Positions 33,397-46,840 of a stretch of DNA of 64,000 bases are shown one piece after another. This DNA is from Podarcis gaigeae (taxonomy: Eukaryota). Numbering within the stretch: position 1 is the stretch's first letter; every line of letters starts with the position of its first letter. The position numbers were made by a program, and so were the translations under genes. The notes under the pieces were generated by a model that saw only the letters and a list, made by a program, of their open reading frames with translations, did not search any database and was not told the DNA's origin. Where the stretch lies: NCBI GenBank assembly GCA_964106915.2, contig OZ066930.1. The stretch is one strand, 5' to 3'.

Positions 33397-36091
33397 TACT
33401 CCACTTAACGTATGTCTCCAAAGGGCAGCTTCTCACCCTTCTATCTTCTTCTGCCTTTGTCTCCTGCAGTGAAAACTCTTAGCGTCCTTAGCCTAGCACA
33501 TAGTAGGGAACCTCTGGCCCACAGGCCACCACAGGGTCCAAGCTGGCCTGCACCATCACTCCCTCCACTCCCATGCACAACTGAGGTCTACATTTAAAAA
33601 CAAAACCATAAATACACCATACCATTAAAAACCCATATAAAACACTTGCATTCTCATATACACTTGAATTCCCATGTACACACACAGAGAGACATCTTGA
33701 TTTGTTTGCAGGAAGATGGGACAATGTTGGTTATTTAATGAAGATTTTTATTTGTTTGAGGGGAGGTTGGATGCTGTTGCATCAAAGCAAATGTTCTCCC
33801 ACACTTTCAGTGAATTTTCCAGTCACCTTCCTTATCACAAAACGTCAGGTATTTGGGGGAAGTGGGCTTGTTGCACAGGACAACTCTAATTGTGCAATCT
33901 GGGTTTGCTGGCATATGATTGAATCTCAACCAAAAGGAGTGACAGTCTGGAGGCACCTACTCTTAACATAGCATGAAGTTAATTTTTCTGAGATTTGCCT
34001 GTTCCACAAGGGCTGCACAGAAATAACCAGCCAAGTGATTTTGCCCCCAAAGCATTTCCATTGTGTGTGTGGAATAGCTACTGAATGGCACTCATAGTCA
34101 ACCAGCAGTGAGCACAGGAAGGTATCTTATACGACTAGTCCAACAGCCATGTCCAACAGGTTGATTGCGATCGACCAGTCGGTTGTAGGGGTGTCCCAGG
34201 TCGATTGTGGCATGAAGTACAACCAAGAAAAGGAAAACAAAGAAGCGCAAGAACTTTGGCCAACCCTCCCCCCCAAAATGTTCCACAACTCCTGGCAATA
34301 ACAATGAGTAGATCACAGCTGGTCTTTTTATACTGTGAGTAGATTGCAGTCTCTTGGGAGTTGGACATGCCTGGTCTATCTAACTCAGCTAAGTGGTGCC
34401 AGCTCTAGGGTTTCGGACAGAGGAGTCTTTCCCAGCTCTGTTGGGGCCTCCTTTATGCAGAACATGCTCCCTACTCCTGAGCCTCCAACAGGCTCAGCTG
34501 TTACTCTTTGCTTGGCCATACACTAATACTTTCTTTGTACTGATTTTGAAGAAAGTTTTCACATGAAAGGTTAAATGACAGGGGAGGGCAGGAGGCACAG
34601 TTGGAGATCTGGGAGGGGGAAATGGAAACGATTTTAGAGCATGCCTTTGCAATCTTTATTTGCCTACATATTTATCACAAATGTTGGAAGCAGCACAGCT
34701 ACATAATGGCAACTTCAGACGCCTATGGGCCAGGCAGTCAACATTTCCAACACTTAAATAACATTGAGCAGATTCAAAATTACTGCACTTAATACTAACA
34801 AAAGATGTCTCAATTTAATCTTCAAACAACCCTCCAAGATCAAAACACAGCTGGGCTGAATAACAAGACAGGCCTGGGTCAGCGCAAGGAGAAGGACCAA
34901 TTTCCTCCAATAGCTCCATCCACTCCTAGCACAAGTGTGAAGGAACACAAGTGTGCAACATAACCCTAACCCCCTTCTGTTTATATGTCTGGGGGTGTAG
35001 GGAGGGGAAAGCACAGCAATTGATTCAGAGATGCAACATGTGAATGGAATTACCTGAAGTTTGGGAGTGGAAGAGAACTAATGCTAAGACCTTTTGTTTT
35101 CCTAATCCTTGGAGATGATTAAGAATGGATCAAGATTAAAGTTGCCCACGGACAATGGAAAGCACCTGCCACTATTGTCTTCTTTTTGGAGCTGGATAGA
35201 ATGAGATGGCTCATTAAGGGATGCCCTCAGAGCAAAGCTCTTGAAAGGAACTCACAAGCACTCAGCCTTGTTCTCCTCCCTGCTTTCCTGTTTCCCTATT
35301 CAGGTGCAAGAAGGAACATGCACTCTGGGCAAAAGACGTGACCCGTTGGTTTCTCAAACATTTCTAAGAAGCACGTAAAGAATGTTGCTAGGTTATGAAG
35401 CATTTATTTCTGGAATGGCTCTCTGTTCATTGGCTATTACAGCCAAGTCTTCCCACTGACCTAATTATTTTAAAGAATGTGACATTTTCGTTGAATTTTA
35501 TTACTTTTAAAGGTTTCTTCAATCTATACAACTACAAGATATGTTAATTAAGATTAGGCTTTGCAAGATACTGAAAATGCTGGATAGCAAGTAAAACTGG
35601 CTTAGAAAGATATACAATTTACTGTGGCTAAGTCTGTGACAAATAAAAAAAAAGTCTCTAAGGAATATATGTGTTTTGGAAAGTTGTTTGTCTGTTCGCT
35701 AGGCACCTGACAACTCTTAAGATATCCTAACCAAATTTTGCATGATGGTTCCTGAGATCAAGGAGCAGGTTTACATCTCTGTTTTGATACAATTGAATAT
35801 ACCATTTGAAATCAAGATGGTGAACTGAACCTTTCAAAACAGCAGATTTTAACCACTGATTTCAAAGCTGCACTGACTTTTGGTTTCATGCTCTTGTTTA
35901 AATTGATTTTTAAAAATAGGAGACCTCTATTCCCCTCCCAGAGCTACAGTTCCAGATTGGTTTAACGATCAAGCCTTCTTTCCAGGAAACTCTGCAAATT
36001 GTAGCACTATTGGGGGTGGGGGGAATAGGGGTCTCCTAACAACTGTCAGCACAGATAACAAGCTACAGTTCCCAGGATAACTGTTAAAAGT

Positions 36092-36092
<1 letters not shown>

Positions 36093-36132
<40 letters not shown>

Positions 36133-36230
36133 TGTACCCCACCCATCTGGCTGGGTTTCCCCAACCACTCTGGGCGGCTTCCAACAAAGATTAAAAATAC
36201 ATTAAAATGTCACATTAAAAACTTCCCTAA
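36093..36230 (-). mobile_element. L2 3' end with (TTA)n tail
   Basis: Reverse complement of the L2 3' UTR seen at 42660-42813. Confidence 0.8.
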
Positions 36231-36242
36231 ATAATAGTAGTA

Positions 36243-36284
<42 letters not shown>

Positions 36285-36378
36285 TAATGGTGCTTTAAAT
36301 GTATTGTGCAGATATGTCCTCAATGACAACCCCTTAATAGTCATCCTTGTTGCTTCTACATGCTGCCACGGAATGACA

Positions 36379-36606
36379 GAAAGCCATTGTGTTGTAGTGA
36401 TTAGAGGAGCAGACCAGGACCTGGGAGACCTGGGTTCAAATCCTACTCAGTCAATTAAGCTCACTGGGTGACCCTGGACCAATCACAGCCTCTCAGCCTG
36501 ACTTACCTCACAGGGTTATTTTAAGGATGAAATGAGGAGGGGGAGAAGCATGTATACCACCTTTAGCTTCTTGGAAAAAGGTGGGCTATAAATGAAACAA
36601 ACAAAC
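36379..36606 (+). mobile_element. Squam3-like tRNA SINE
   Basis: GAAAGCCATTGTGTTGTAGTGATTAGAG, B box GGGTTCAAATCC, core ctgggtgacc...tacctcacagggtt and tataaat tail. Confidence 0.85.
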
Positions 36607-39419
36607 ACACACACACACACACACACCCCCCTTTCCCTATGCCCCAATACCTTTCTAGAGAACACCACCAGGTATTCCTTTTCTTTAGCACAGTCTGTTT
36701 GAGCTTGTTTAGGCAAATCTTAAACTGCTCTTTAAAAGACACACCTTTATGTGGGATTTTCAAGTTTTGACTTAAAATGCTTGGATTATATTTTTACCGC
36801 AGTGGTTATGGGTTCTTTGTTTGTGTTAAGTAAAGCAATACAAAGAGTGCAGCCACCAGAACAATGGAGGGTATTAGCGTTTAAAAAAATAAAAATCCTC
36901 CTTTTCATGAACGTACACATCCAATTTCAGGCTGTTCTCCCACCCACCAGCCCGTCCCCATTACTCTGCTGCTTGAGAAAAGCAGCTCTTAAGTTTTCCA
37001 ACAGAGCAAACAAAAGTTTTGAATTTCATCCCATGCTAAAGAGAACCCACAATGTTACAGAAGAGAAAAAAGCAAGAACTGCCCCCCCGCCTCCTGCAAA
37101 CTCTGATGGCCACCCGTGTTTCCCCCTTCCTTCAAGTTTAATATAATTCGCTCCTCTCCACCAAAGCCTGATTGATTCCCAATTTCAGTGTACAGTAATA
37201 AGCTAGGAAATTCTACAAAGAGAGGAAGACATCTACCTTCTTTAACAGCAAAAAGTCCCTTGCGACCTCAGCTTCCCGCACTCACACCTGCTGCCTCCTC
37301 TCCAGTAACCTGATCCAATTCTAACCCTACCAAGACTCGTTCACTTCCACTTGTTTGCATGCAGTAGTTACTCCTCCCCTTAAATCATCTTTTCCGCCTT
37401 GAACAGAATGGAAACCCTGTACTTGCTTAGAGAACAGGGATGGGAGGCCCTCCAGATGTAAATTGTACTACAACTCCCATCATCCCTGACCACTGGTGTT
37501 GCTAACTAGCGCTGATGGGAGGTGCCGTCTAACAGAGCCACCCCTGCTTTAAACACACGTTGGCTTTAAATTAATATCTGGCCCCGGTCTCTGCCAATAT
37601 GGCAATCCTTTAATGAGATTACCCTAGCTGGGTGGGGGCCAGTTATCTGGCAGTGGCTTTTCCTGGCTGGGACACCATTTAAAGGACTCAAATATATGGG
37701 TGTGGGTCTTTTCCATTGAATGGACATATGCCGGTGGTGGGGTGGGGGTAGAATAGCACTGCTGGCTCCTTTAAATCAGTGGGGGCTGGTTCCCACTGAA
37801 ACTGGTGGGGTGGAAGGCAGGGAGGGCAACACTAGGTAGAGCTATTGCCACTGCCAGGCAGAGCCTCTTAATTATAGCCCCCCCCCCCAATTCTCCTCTC
37901 TGTTAAGATCTACAAAGGCAACATTGAGACTAAGGGAGAGAAAGCTGACAGCCAGGAGGACCACCCTCTGGACTGCTTGTAAGGCAAGCAGGTGGGGAAC
38001 TGCCCCATTTGCCCTAATGGGGCAGCCTCTGTGACTGCAAAGGTGTCACAAGCAAAGACCTTGAGGCCCTCTGAATGGATGAAGGGGCTTAAAGATAGTC
38101 ATTTCGGTGTGCCTGTATCTATGGAGGGGAGTGTGTTTACATACGCTCCCTCTCTCCTCCCACCCACCACTCTCTGCCATTGTTCAGCCAGAAGAAACCA
38201 GGATTATAAATACCATTTGTCTTTGCAGAGCAGTGGAGGATAGATGAAATATGCGCCTTAGGCTTATCAGCTCCAGCACTGCTAAAGGGAAAGCTGGCTT
38301 CTGAGGCCTTGGATGGCGGCTGTCCTTTTCAGAAAAGAATCAAAGGTCTCAGGAGAGGGGGGAACATAATGGAGTGACCTTCAGCTAATAAAGCCTACCC
38401 CAGAGTCCATGGAAGCTTGGGGAATATTGACAAAAGTTCATATTTACAACAGCCTGGATGCCTTCCAGAAACCATTACCAATTTAGAGAGCCAGAGGCTG
38501 GCAGGCATCTCTTTCTCCCTCTCTTTGAGGGGAAAGAATAAGCAAAAGAACAGAAAATATCTCCTCTTCCTTCCTTTTCCCCTTTCCCTCATGTGAGCTG
38601 CAAAAATGAGATGGAGCACAGTAATTCTTCATTAATGAGGCCCATATGCTTCCCTCCCTATAATGAAGCTAGGGTTGGTGTTTTGTTTTGCAGAGAAATA
38701 CAATGAAAATCTGCTGGCACACCAACAACAATGCAGAACCCTTGGACCTTAAAAAGAGGGTATCTTGCAGTCTTTATGACAGATCTCTCAGGCATTAAAG
38801 TGACCAGAAAATGAAGGAAGGAGAAATCCACCACTGGTAGGACTGGGGCAAGAGTTTCAAAGAGGACCCAGGGTCATATATGGCGATGCCCCGCATTACA
38901 TAAAAACAGAGATCTCTCTTTTAGGAACAGCAAAATTATTTTCATGATGCAAGGAAAGGGAAGCTTGGCACCAGATCACACATGAATCCGTACATCAAAT
39001 GAACCCTGAAAGATACACTTGTGCAAACTGGTTGTGTGAATATTCCATAAGGGCGGTTCAATAACCAAACTTATGCCTCACCTTAAATCAGCATAACCAG
39101 GATAGGGAACCTCTGGCTTGTGGGCTGAATGCAGCCTCCCAGGCCTCCTCTCCCTGTTGCCCTCAAAACTCAACTTTCACCAGGTTGGAATGTATCCCTC
39201 AACTGTGATAGTGCCTCTTGCTTGTATGGATGGAAGAAAGATGTTGGCAGGAGGGATGTAAAAATCTCTGAATTTTGTTATCTCAAATGTAGCCTATTGT
39301 TAAAGAGTTACAGCCACTTCTCCACCCAGTCTTGCCTCTGGCATCACCCACTACAGGTACATGGCACCTGGAAGTTTGTCCATGGGGGAAGGTAGCGGAG
39401 AGTTGTTAGGAGACCGCTA

Positions 39420-39632
39420 TTATCTTCCCAGAGCTACAATTCCCAAAGTTCCCTGGGAAGAGGAATTGATTGTTAAACCACTCTAGGAATTATAGCTCTG
39501 TAAGGGGAATACAGATCTCCTAATAACTCTCAGCACCCTTAACAAACTACAGTTCCCAGTATGCTTTGCAGGATGCCATGACTGTTTAAACTGATGTGAT
39601 ATTATTTTAAATTATGTATAGTGTGGGTGTGG
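39420..39632. mobile_element. Non-autonomous repeat with multiple CTACAnTTCCCA motifs (related pieces at about 13500-13640, 18600-19100, 35925-36090, 56500-56585)
   Basis: cagagctacaattccc...aactacagttcccagtatgctttg...gccatgactgtttaaa is shared among the copies. Confidence 0.65.
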
Positions 39633-39889
39633 CAAGAGATGCACCCTACCTCCTCAGCCAGCAGCAGCGCCATTCACACTGGAGTCCACAGAACTATGGA
39701 GCAGTAGGAACTGAACACCTTTTTCATGTGAGACAAACATGATAATCACTATATTAGAGTGTGTAGACTGGCATCTACAGCAAATGGCAAGTGGGACTTA
39801 TTTTTTTAATATAAAAAATGGTCAATTCCACCAGTGAAGTGCCAGTGATAAATTGTTGTTGATGATAATAACAATAGTAAGAGTAATGA

Positions 39890-40700
39890 TATAAGTTAAT
39901 TTATATCCTGCCCTTCCTCCCAAAGGAGCCCAGGGTGGCAAAGACACTAATGAGAAACCATTAAAATGTCTTAAAACAATCCCGATACAGACACAGACTG
40001 AGAAAGGTATTTTTTGGCAGAAGTCTTCAGCCGGCACCAAAATGACAACATAGATGTCACTTGCCTAATTGTTAACAGAAGGGAATTCCAAAGGGTAGGT
40101 CCTTCATACTGAAGGCCCAATTCCTACAATATGTGAAACAGGCCTCCTAATAGGATGGTATCTACAAGCAGCACTCAAAATTTGCCAGGCACAGTTTGCA
40201 CTTGGCTATCGACCACTTGCAACCAAGTGAAGATGCCCGGGTGCCAGGATGGCACCTGACGTCTCCACCATCTGGAGGTGCATGTCTAGGGATCCTTGGA
40301 TCGTGCCTGTTTTCACCCACCAACAACACATCCTGTAGAATTCAATCCGTGGCTTTAAAGCCATCTGACCCCCAAATGGCAACTAGGCATTCCTTTTTGG
40401 CGACTATAACCCTGGTTTAAGGAACCATTTGGCACCTAGCTTATATATCTGAGTTTCTAACACTGCCTGCAAGAGGCCGCCACTTGCAGAGCACAGTGAC
40501 TGACTGAGAGGGGTGAAATGATCTTTCAAGGGTACCCTGATTCAAAACTGTATATACAGCAAAACCAGCACATTGAACTTAGTAATGGTACCATTTGTAG
40601 ACTGTCCCTCTTACAAGTATGAATGCCAGTTGTTACAGAACATCAATCACCAGGCGTGTCTCCCATTCCTCCAGTGGTGCAACATCTTTCCCACTACCTA
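39890..40700 (-). mobile_element. Degenerate L2 LINE interrupted by a hAT-like element
   Basis: L2-type 3' end at 39900-39940 and ggaattcca (LWNS) motif at about 40082. The sequence appears to resume after 40466. Confidence 0.55.
40169..40465. mobile_element. hAT-like non-autonomous transposon
   Basis: CAGCACTCAAAA...GAGTTTCTAACACTG termini; decayed 8-bp TSD tctacaag/cctgcaag; homologous to 22275-22971. Confidence 0.65.
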
Positions 40701-42415
40701 AGTGCGTCTGATTTCTGCAGGTCATGTGCACTCTCCCTATAGGAGTTAATTAAAACAAGGCAGGTGGTTTGTCAACAGTGTTAAAACAGCTGTCAGATAA
40801 CAGTGTGTGCAAAGCCTTTGATATCTCTTAAGAGAGGAACTGTGCAGTTGCCACTACCATTTGTAGCCTCTGTCGAAAATTTGACAACATCAACCCTGGA
40901 GGTTTCCCTTCCACTCTCTTTTCCAATTAGACCTAGTTCTCACTGAGATGGCAAAGCTGCGTCTGGAATGTACCACTGCAGACAGGAGGCCAACATGCCA
41001 GAGTCTCTTACACACAAAGAACAATCACAAACCCTGCATGGCGAGTGGGACAGTGGTCTTCCATTAGTGTTATATGGTTAACGCGCAACATTAAAAGGAG
41101 GAACTATAACTCAGCAGTAGTCTGGTAGAGCACATGGTCTTGAATGAATCCTTATTCATTCAATGAATGAATCCAAGGTTCAGTCTTCAACCAGCAAGTG
41201 TGGTGAGGCAGCAGAGCTAACATGACCTCCAGTCGGCCACATCACTGTTGTTTAATGTGAGGTAGAGAGGAATGGACGAGGTGGGCTCATTGCAAATGCA
41301 CCAACTGAGCTAATCCAGCACTCCCACTGTTGAGTTTGCACCATGCCTACTTTCTCTCTCCCCTCTCTATCCACCTCTTGGTAAGCAGCAGCAACACTAC
41401 AGACTGAGGTCAGGGGAGCACTACCCACCCCACCATGCTGGCCACTACTGTCCGTGACATCTCCATTTGAGAAAAAGATCAGGAAAGCAGATGATAGGCA
41501 AGACCCTGGAGAGTGGAACTTGGTCAGAGCAGACAACACTGAGCTTGAGGAACAGTCAACCTGATATAAGGCACCTTCCCTGTTCCTACTGAATGCTGAT
41601 ATACAGCACGTCAGCTGTCTCTCACAATAGCAAACCAGTAATGGTTGTGGTTCATTTATTCACTACATCCTCAGCCTCATGTTCAAACAAGCAAGCAGGG
41701 GGTTCAAACATGAGGGAGGATATATAGCTGTTTAAGACCAATGGATTTAATACCGGCTCAGTCCAAATGGGTGTGGCTGTTTAGTGCAGAGAGTTTGTCC
41801 TGCGTGACCAGAAGGCTTTTGCTTAAGGTTTCTTTTTCTTTTTCTTTTCCCTTCCTTGAGCAACTGCTTGGGTAAAATATAGCACACCCTACCCATAAAG
41901 TCCTTTGTTACAACATCCACACCATAAAGCTGCAAAACCTTGGCTCCCAAGTACATTAAATTCTTATAAACCTGCCTTCATTTTAAGCATGCAATATTTC
42001 AACACACAAAGCGCCTCTTCTGAAAAGATAGCACTTTAATGAGGAGACAGGTAAAACATATAAACCAAAGCTCATTATGGCATAATTTCTGGGAGATGAC
42101 CAAGCTGTTATAAAAGGAAGTTGTGGCAGTCACATTTCGCTGGAGCTTGAAGCTAAAAACATGAAGAAAAGGCCACAGTACGGTGCAGGACAGGTCTGCA
42201 AAACCTGTTTACTGCTGAAGGCAAATGGCTGCATCCTATTTATGCAAAGAAAGGCTCTTACAAGACTGTCACAGAACAGGCGACGAGTCAGAGAAGTTGT
42301 AAGCCACAATACTTGAAAGTGTACCAGTTTGGCTGTCTCAAGAGTTAGAATGGTAAAACTGAGAATTCTTGGGACCGTTGAGTATACACCCACCCCTAAG
42401 GTATAATAATCATCA

Positions 42416-42766
42416 TAACGATACCCAGTTCTACCTCTCTTTTAAATCAGAACCAGTGAGGGCAGTGAAGGTCTTATGTGAATGCCTGGAGGTGGTTGGA
42501 AGATGGATGGCGGCTAATGGATTGAGGTTTATTCCTGACAAGACAGAAGTACTGTTCTTGGGGGACAGGGGGCGGGCTGGTGTGGAGGACTCCGATCAGA
42601 TTTCAAGGAAATAAGCAACTATCCCACTTTTAAAAGACATCTGAAGGCAGCCCTGTTTAGGGAAGTTTATAATGTTTAATGCTGTATTGTGTATTTAATA
42701 TTTGATTGGGAGCCGCCCAGATTGGCTGGGGAAACCCAGCCAGATGGGCAGGGTATAAATAAATAA

Positions 42767-42813
<47 letters not shown>
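42416..42813 (+). mobile_element. L2 LINE fragment with internal deletion and (TTA)n tail
   Basis: NDTQFYLSF...CLEVVGRWMAANGLRFIPDKTEVL (post-YADD RT region) jumps at about 42593 to the ORF C-terminus and 3' UTR. Confidence 0.85.
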
Positions 42814-44064
42814 GCCTATGGTCATTGAAAGTAAAGGCACATACAAAGCAAGAATGCAAACACTCAAATCATCTCCATCAATGTACAATGTTTTGTTTTA
42901 TAGGAAATCTATTCCAAATTTGTGGGTTAATGGGCCACAATTAATGTGTCATGAAAAGCCCAGAACTCTCCTTGGCAGGCGCCAGGGATCTTTTTCACAT
43001 CCTCTTCTGGGCAACCTTCCCAGGGTCACACACCAGTAGTGGTTGGAGCAACAAATCTAAATTTTTCCTTCACACAGTAGGTTACATTCACATACATTCA
43101 GATACACTCCTCTGCATGCAGGCAAGCCAGAGGCAGTATCAGAGTTCAATGACATGTTCCAGCCAGGCAAAAACACTTGGGGTACAAAGCAGGACTGGAG
43201 AGGGGCATGACCAAGGACTGCCCTTGGTCCCCAGTGCTGAGGTTTCCCACCCCTGCTCTATAGGAAACCTTTTATCTTTGGATATGAGAATCACATGTGC
43301 TTCTGCTTACCGACAGAATGAAGTTCAACCCACAAATTTATCCACCCTCACATCTGTAGTTTCCGAGAATTCATCTCAGAATCTTACCACAGGCAAGATT
43401 CACATATATAGGATAACATCCACATACGATGCTTTGAGAGCAGGAAGGTGAAAACTGTACTAGCTGCTCATGCTAAGAACAAAGTGTCCTAAAACTATGA
43501 ACCCCACCCTTCTTGACTGTACATAGAATTCTCAGAGGGAGCAGACCTCAGGGCCTTTTTATACATTACATTTTGGGGGGTGTTGTACAGCATGCGTGCA
43601 CGCACACAAACACACGCCCAAAAGTTGTAAAGTTTGACGAGCAGGGGCTGGAAGACAGACTGGCAGACCTCAATGATCCTCGGTTTATCTTTCCCAGTAA
43701 ACCATCTCTAGATTGCAGGTTGGCCACCTGTCAACCTCAGCCTAATTCCATGCACCCGACAATCAAAAAGCCCTCTGCAATAAATTGGTTTGGTCTCTCG
43801 GGTGACAGCAACCTGTCCCTCCCCTGCCAGCCCAATGGGTGGGAAGGAAAAAGGGAAGGGGTGAGAAGGGGTGTCAAAAAGAGAGGTCAGGGAGAGAGAA
43901 AACAGGATGCCCCTACCTCACTTTTACTCTGGCCCTGCCCACCCCTCCCTGCCATGTGACCTCCTCATAGATTACTCTCAAAGGAATTTGGCCCTTGGCT
44001 GAGAAAAGGTTGCCCATACCTTTACCTGATTATTCTTTTTCACTTTACCTTCCTAGCCACTAGA

Positions 44065-44363
44065 GGAGTCGACAGTGATCATCCTGGTCACTGTCTCTTC
44101 GAGCTCCTGCCGTCGGGACGGAGATACAGGACGATGATGACAAGAACGAGCCGTCTCAAGAACAGCTTCTTCTCCAGAGCGATCTCGGCCCTGAATGGGA
44201 AACCTGGACTTTGAAGTCATCTAATCTTCCTTGCTGTATTATATTATATTGTTTTAATTAGTGTTTTTATAGTTGTTCTGATTTTAAGTGCAGTGCCCTA
44301 TCTGGGTGGATGGAGCAGCCAAGTAATTTCGTTGTCCCTGAGAGGGGGCAATGACAATAAAGA

Positions 44364-44411
<48 letters not shown>

Positions 44412-44690
44412 GGTTTACCTTGCCTGGGCTGGTTCACTCCAGTGGAGATCACTCCGTGGGCTGGATCGTGCACCCGCAATTTCCAGCATCTGTGCAGAAA
44501 CAATTTCTGACGTCTGCGCAGATGCGATTTCCGGCGCCACAGAAGCTAGTCCCTGCACCATGCTGTGCTGGTTTAGCGCAGCATGTGGGGACTCGCCAGC
44601 GGGCAGCTCAGTTTGGGGGCAGCTTGTGGGCTGGTTAAATGACTCCCGTGGGCCGCTTGTGGCCCATGGGCCTTAGGTTGCCGACCCCTG
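44065..44690. mobile_element. hAT MITE (same family as 17717-17987) with Rex1 inserted in its left TIR
   Basis: cactaga+ggagtcgaca at 44058-44074; body resumes aggtttacct at 44411 and ends ccgacccctg+cactagac. Confidence 0.8.
44075..44410 (+). mobile_element. Rex1/Babar LINE 3' end
   Basis: HPGHCLFELLPSGRRYRTMMTRTSRLKNSFFSRAISALN, then aatgacaataaa and a (TTA)n tail. Confidence 0.88.
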
Positions 44691-46127
44691 CACTAGACTA
44701 AGATAAGACCATATTCTGACCTGCCTGTATCCCATGTTCTATGGGGTCCTGTTATGGGCAAAAAAGCACAGAGAGAGGTCAATGGAGGGTATACACAGCG
44801 TAAAGGCAAGGCTAAGTGCAGCAACTAACCTGCAAAGGAATTGCTCAGGCCAGGGGGTATCAACCTTTATAGGCCCACAGGCACACATCTGGGTAGTTGA
44901 GGGAGGGAGTGCTTTGGGTTTTGCGGGCATCAGCATTAGACACTAAGGGCACCTTGGCACTCATAGGCACCATGCTGGCAACTACTAGTTCAGAGCCACT
45001 TGCAACAGGATGGATTACATAGGAAGGTGTGTGCAATGTGCCTGTTTTGCTGCATGTGCAAGAAGCATATGTGCACTGGGAAGCCAAAACCTAGAACAGC
45101 TTAATGCCATGTGTAAACCCAGCAAAATGGATTTATGCAGGATGACCACATGCAATGCACATATGGCGTGCATGCTTTTTAAATGTGCCCATGCTCTTCC
45201 TCCTTGAAGGAAATCCAGTTGGTCGCCATGAACGAGATGTAGCAGGTTTGTTAGGCAGAACCGCGAATCAGGCGTTTGCCACAAGTCACCTGGGCATGAT
45301 TCAGCACCGGGTATAACAACTCCACCACCTGGGCAGAGTTTAGTGTTGTGGTTCTGCCTTAGGCCCCAATGCCTGTTTGCCCAGAATGAGGTTTGAAGCC
45401 AACACAGATGCCGGCGAGAGACTTGCCCTAGTCTGAATGGGTAAGCCTGCATTAATAAGCAGCTGGGGGGGGTATGCTCCTTCCAGCCCAGAATTCCATT
45501 TATCATGAGCTTACAGCAAAGAGATAAAGGGAAATAATTATCTTAACGTAGTTCCAGTCATCAGTAACAGTGTCAAGGTTTTGCCCTGCTGCTGACCCGG
45601 AACATGTGACTGTAACACAAGAGAGAGGGCTGCTGTCAGCCGAAATGGTGACCCTCCTACATTATTGTCAAAAAAGCAGAACAAAAGATCCTTTTGTTTT
45701 ATTGTTTTTGCTGGGTTTAATTTTCTTGCAACGGCTGGGCAATCAGGAGGTCCTTCTTCTCCAATAACAGATGTACCTCCAGCTTTGAATCAAAGACACA
45801 GGCAAGTGAATTCTCCAGCTGAGATTGTGTTTTTGTGTGCGTGTTGTTTTTTTTCTTCCATCTAAACTAGCTTCCTCTTTTGCTCCTTTTACACTCATCT
45901 TTTCACATCCCCTCTCCTTCCTTGACTACAGTAAATAGCTAATCATTGTTAAGCATTCATTTTGGCAGTCTCCGTTGGCAAAGGGGAATGCACAAATTAT
46001 AATCAATGACAGCGTCTTGATTAAATTAAAACGGGGGTGAGGAGAGTTCCTTAAACTCACAAAGTGTGAAGCAAGTCTTGCATGGTTATGTTGTGAACCG
46101 ACCTGAGATCTATGAGCAGTATACAAA

Positions 46128-46160
<33 letters not shown>

Positions 46161-46667
46161 AAAAAGATCGGGCTTAGTTTGCATTATTCCTTTGATTTCC
46201 AATGTTTGGAGGTGAGTGCTGTTGGTTATGAACAGCAGAGGCTCTCCAGGTGGGGAAAGAGCCATTACACTAGGCTTCCCAGCAGGCGGGTCACTGTTGC
46301 TTACCAGGAGGCAGGTCAGGCAGCAGAGAGGTTGCTGTGGTGCAAACATACTGGCAGGGGTGTCCCACTGGCTCAATTAGTGTGTTTGCACCACACCAAC
46401 CCCCCTGCTACATGGGCATAGCAGCTCTGCCTCACCCAGCGAGCAGCTTCTGGATATGAAACTAAAACAGCTCTACCCATGCACAAGAAAGAGTCTTCAG
46501 CAGGCTTCAAGGGTTACAGAAGGATAAAAGATCTTTTTTGGGGGGACCCCTAAACATCAGAATGAGCATGCTCAGTGATCACAGAATGTTGATTGATTGT
46601 TGCGGGGAGATATGGGAAATTGAGTAGCAACAGGAATGGAATGGGGTGTCTGGACTTTGGGAAGGAC

Positions 46668-46840
46668 AGGGAAAGCGCTCTGTGGTACAGCATCTATTTT
46701 GCATGCAGAAATCCCAGGTTTAGTCCCCAGCGCCTCCATGTAGGGCTGGGAGAAACTCCCTGCCTAAAACCCTGAAGAGATGCTGCCAGTCCGTGGAGGC
46801 AATACGGAGCTGAATGGCCAGCTATCTTCCTATGTTCCTG
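46668..46840 (+). mobile_element. tRNA-derived SINE
   Basis: tttgcatgcagaaatcccaggtttagtcccc head, shared body and cttcctatgttcct tail. Confidence 0.75.

Noticed and set aside
35430-35655. AT-rich stretch ending in AATAAAAAAAA, a possible L1 3' end or retrocopy
   Set aside because: No TSD or recognisable coding remnant.
44293-44676. ORFs with poly-Ile/Leu/Asn/Tyr or His-Thr runs (also 17457, 35969, 47952, 50561, 61544)
   Set aside because: They are translations of microsatellites and adjacent MITEs.
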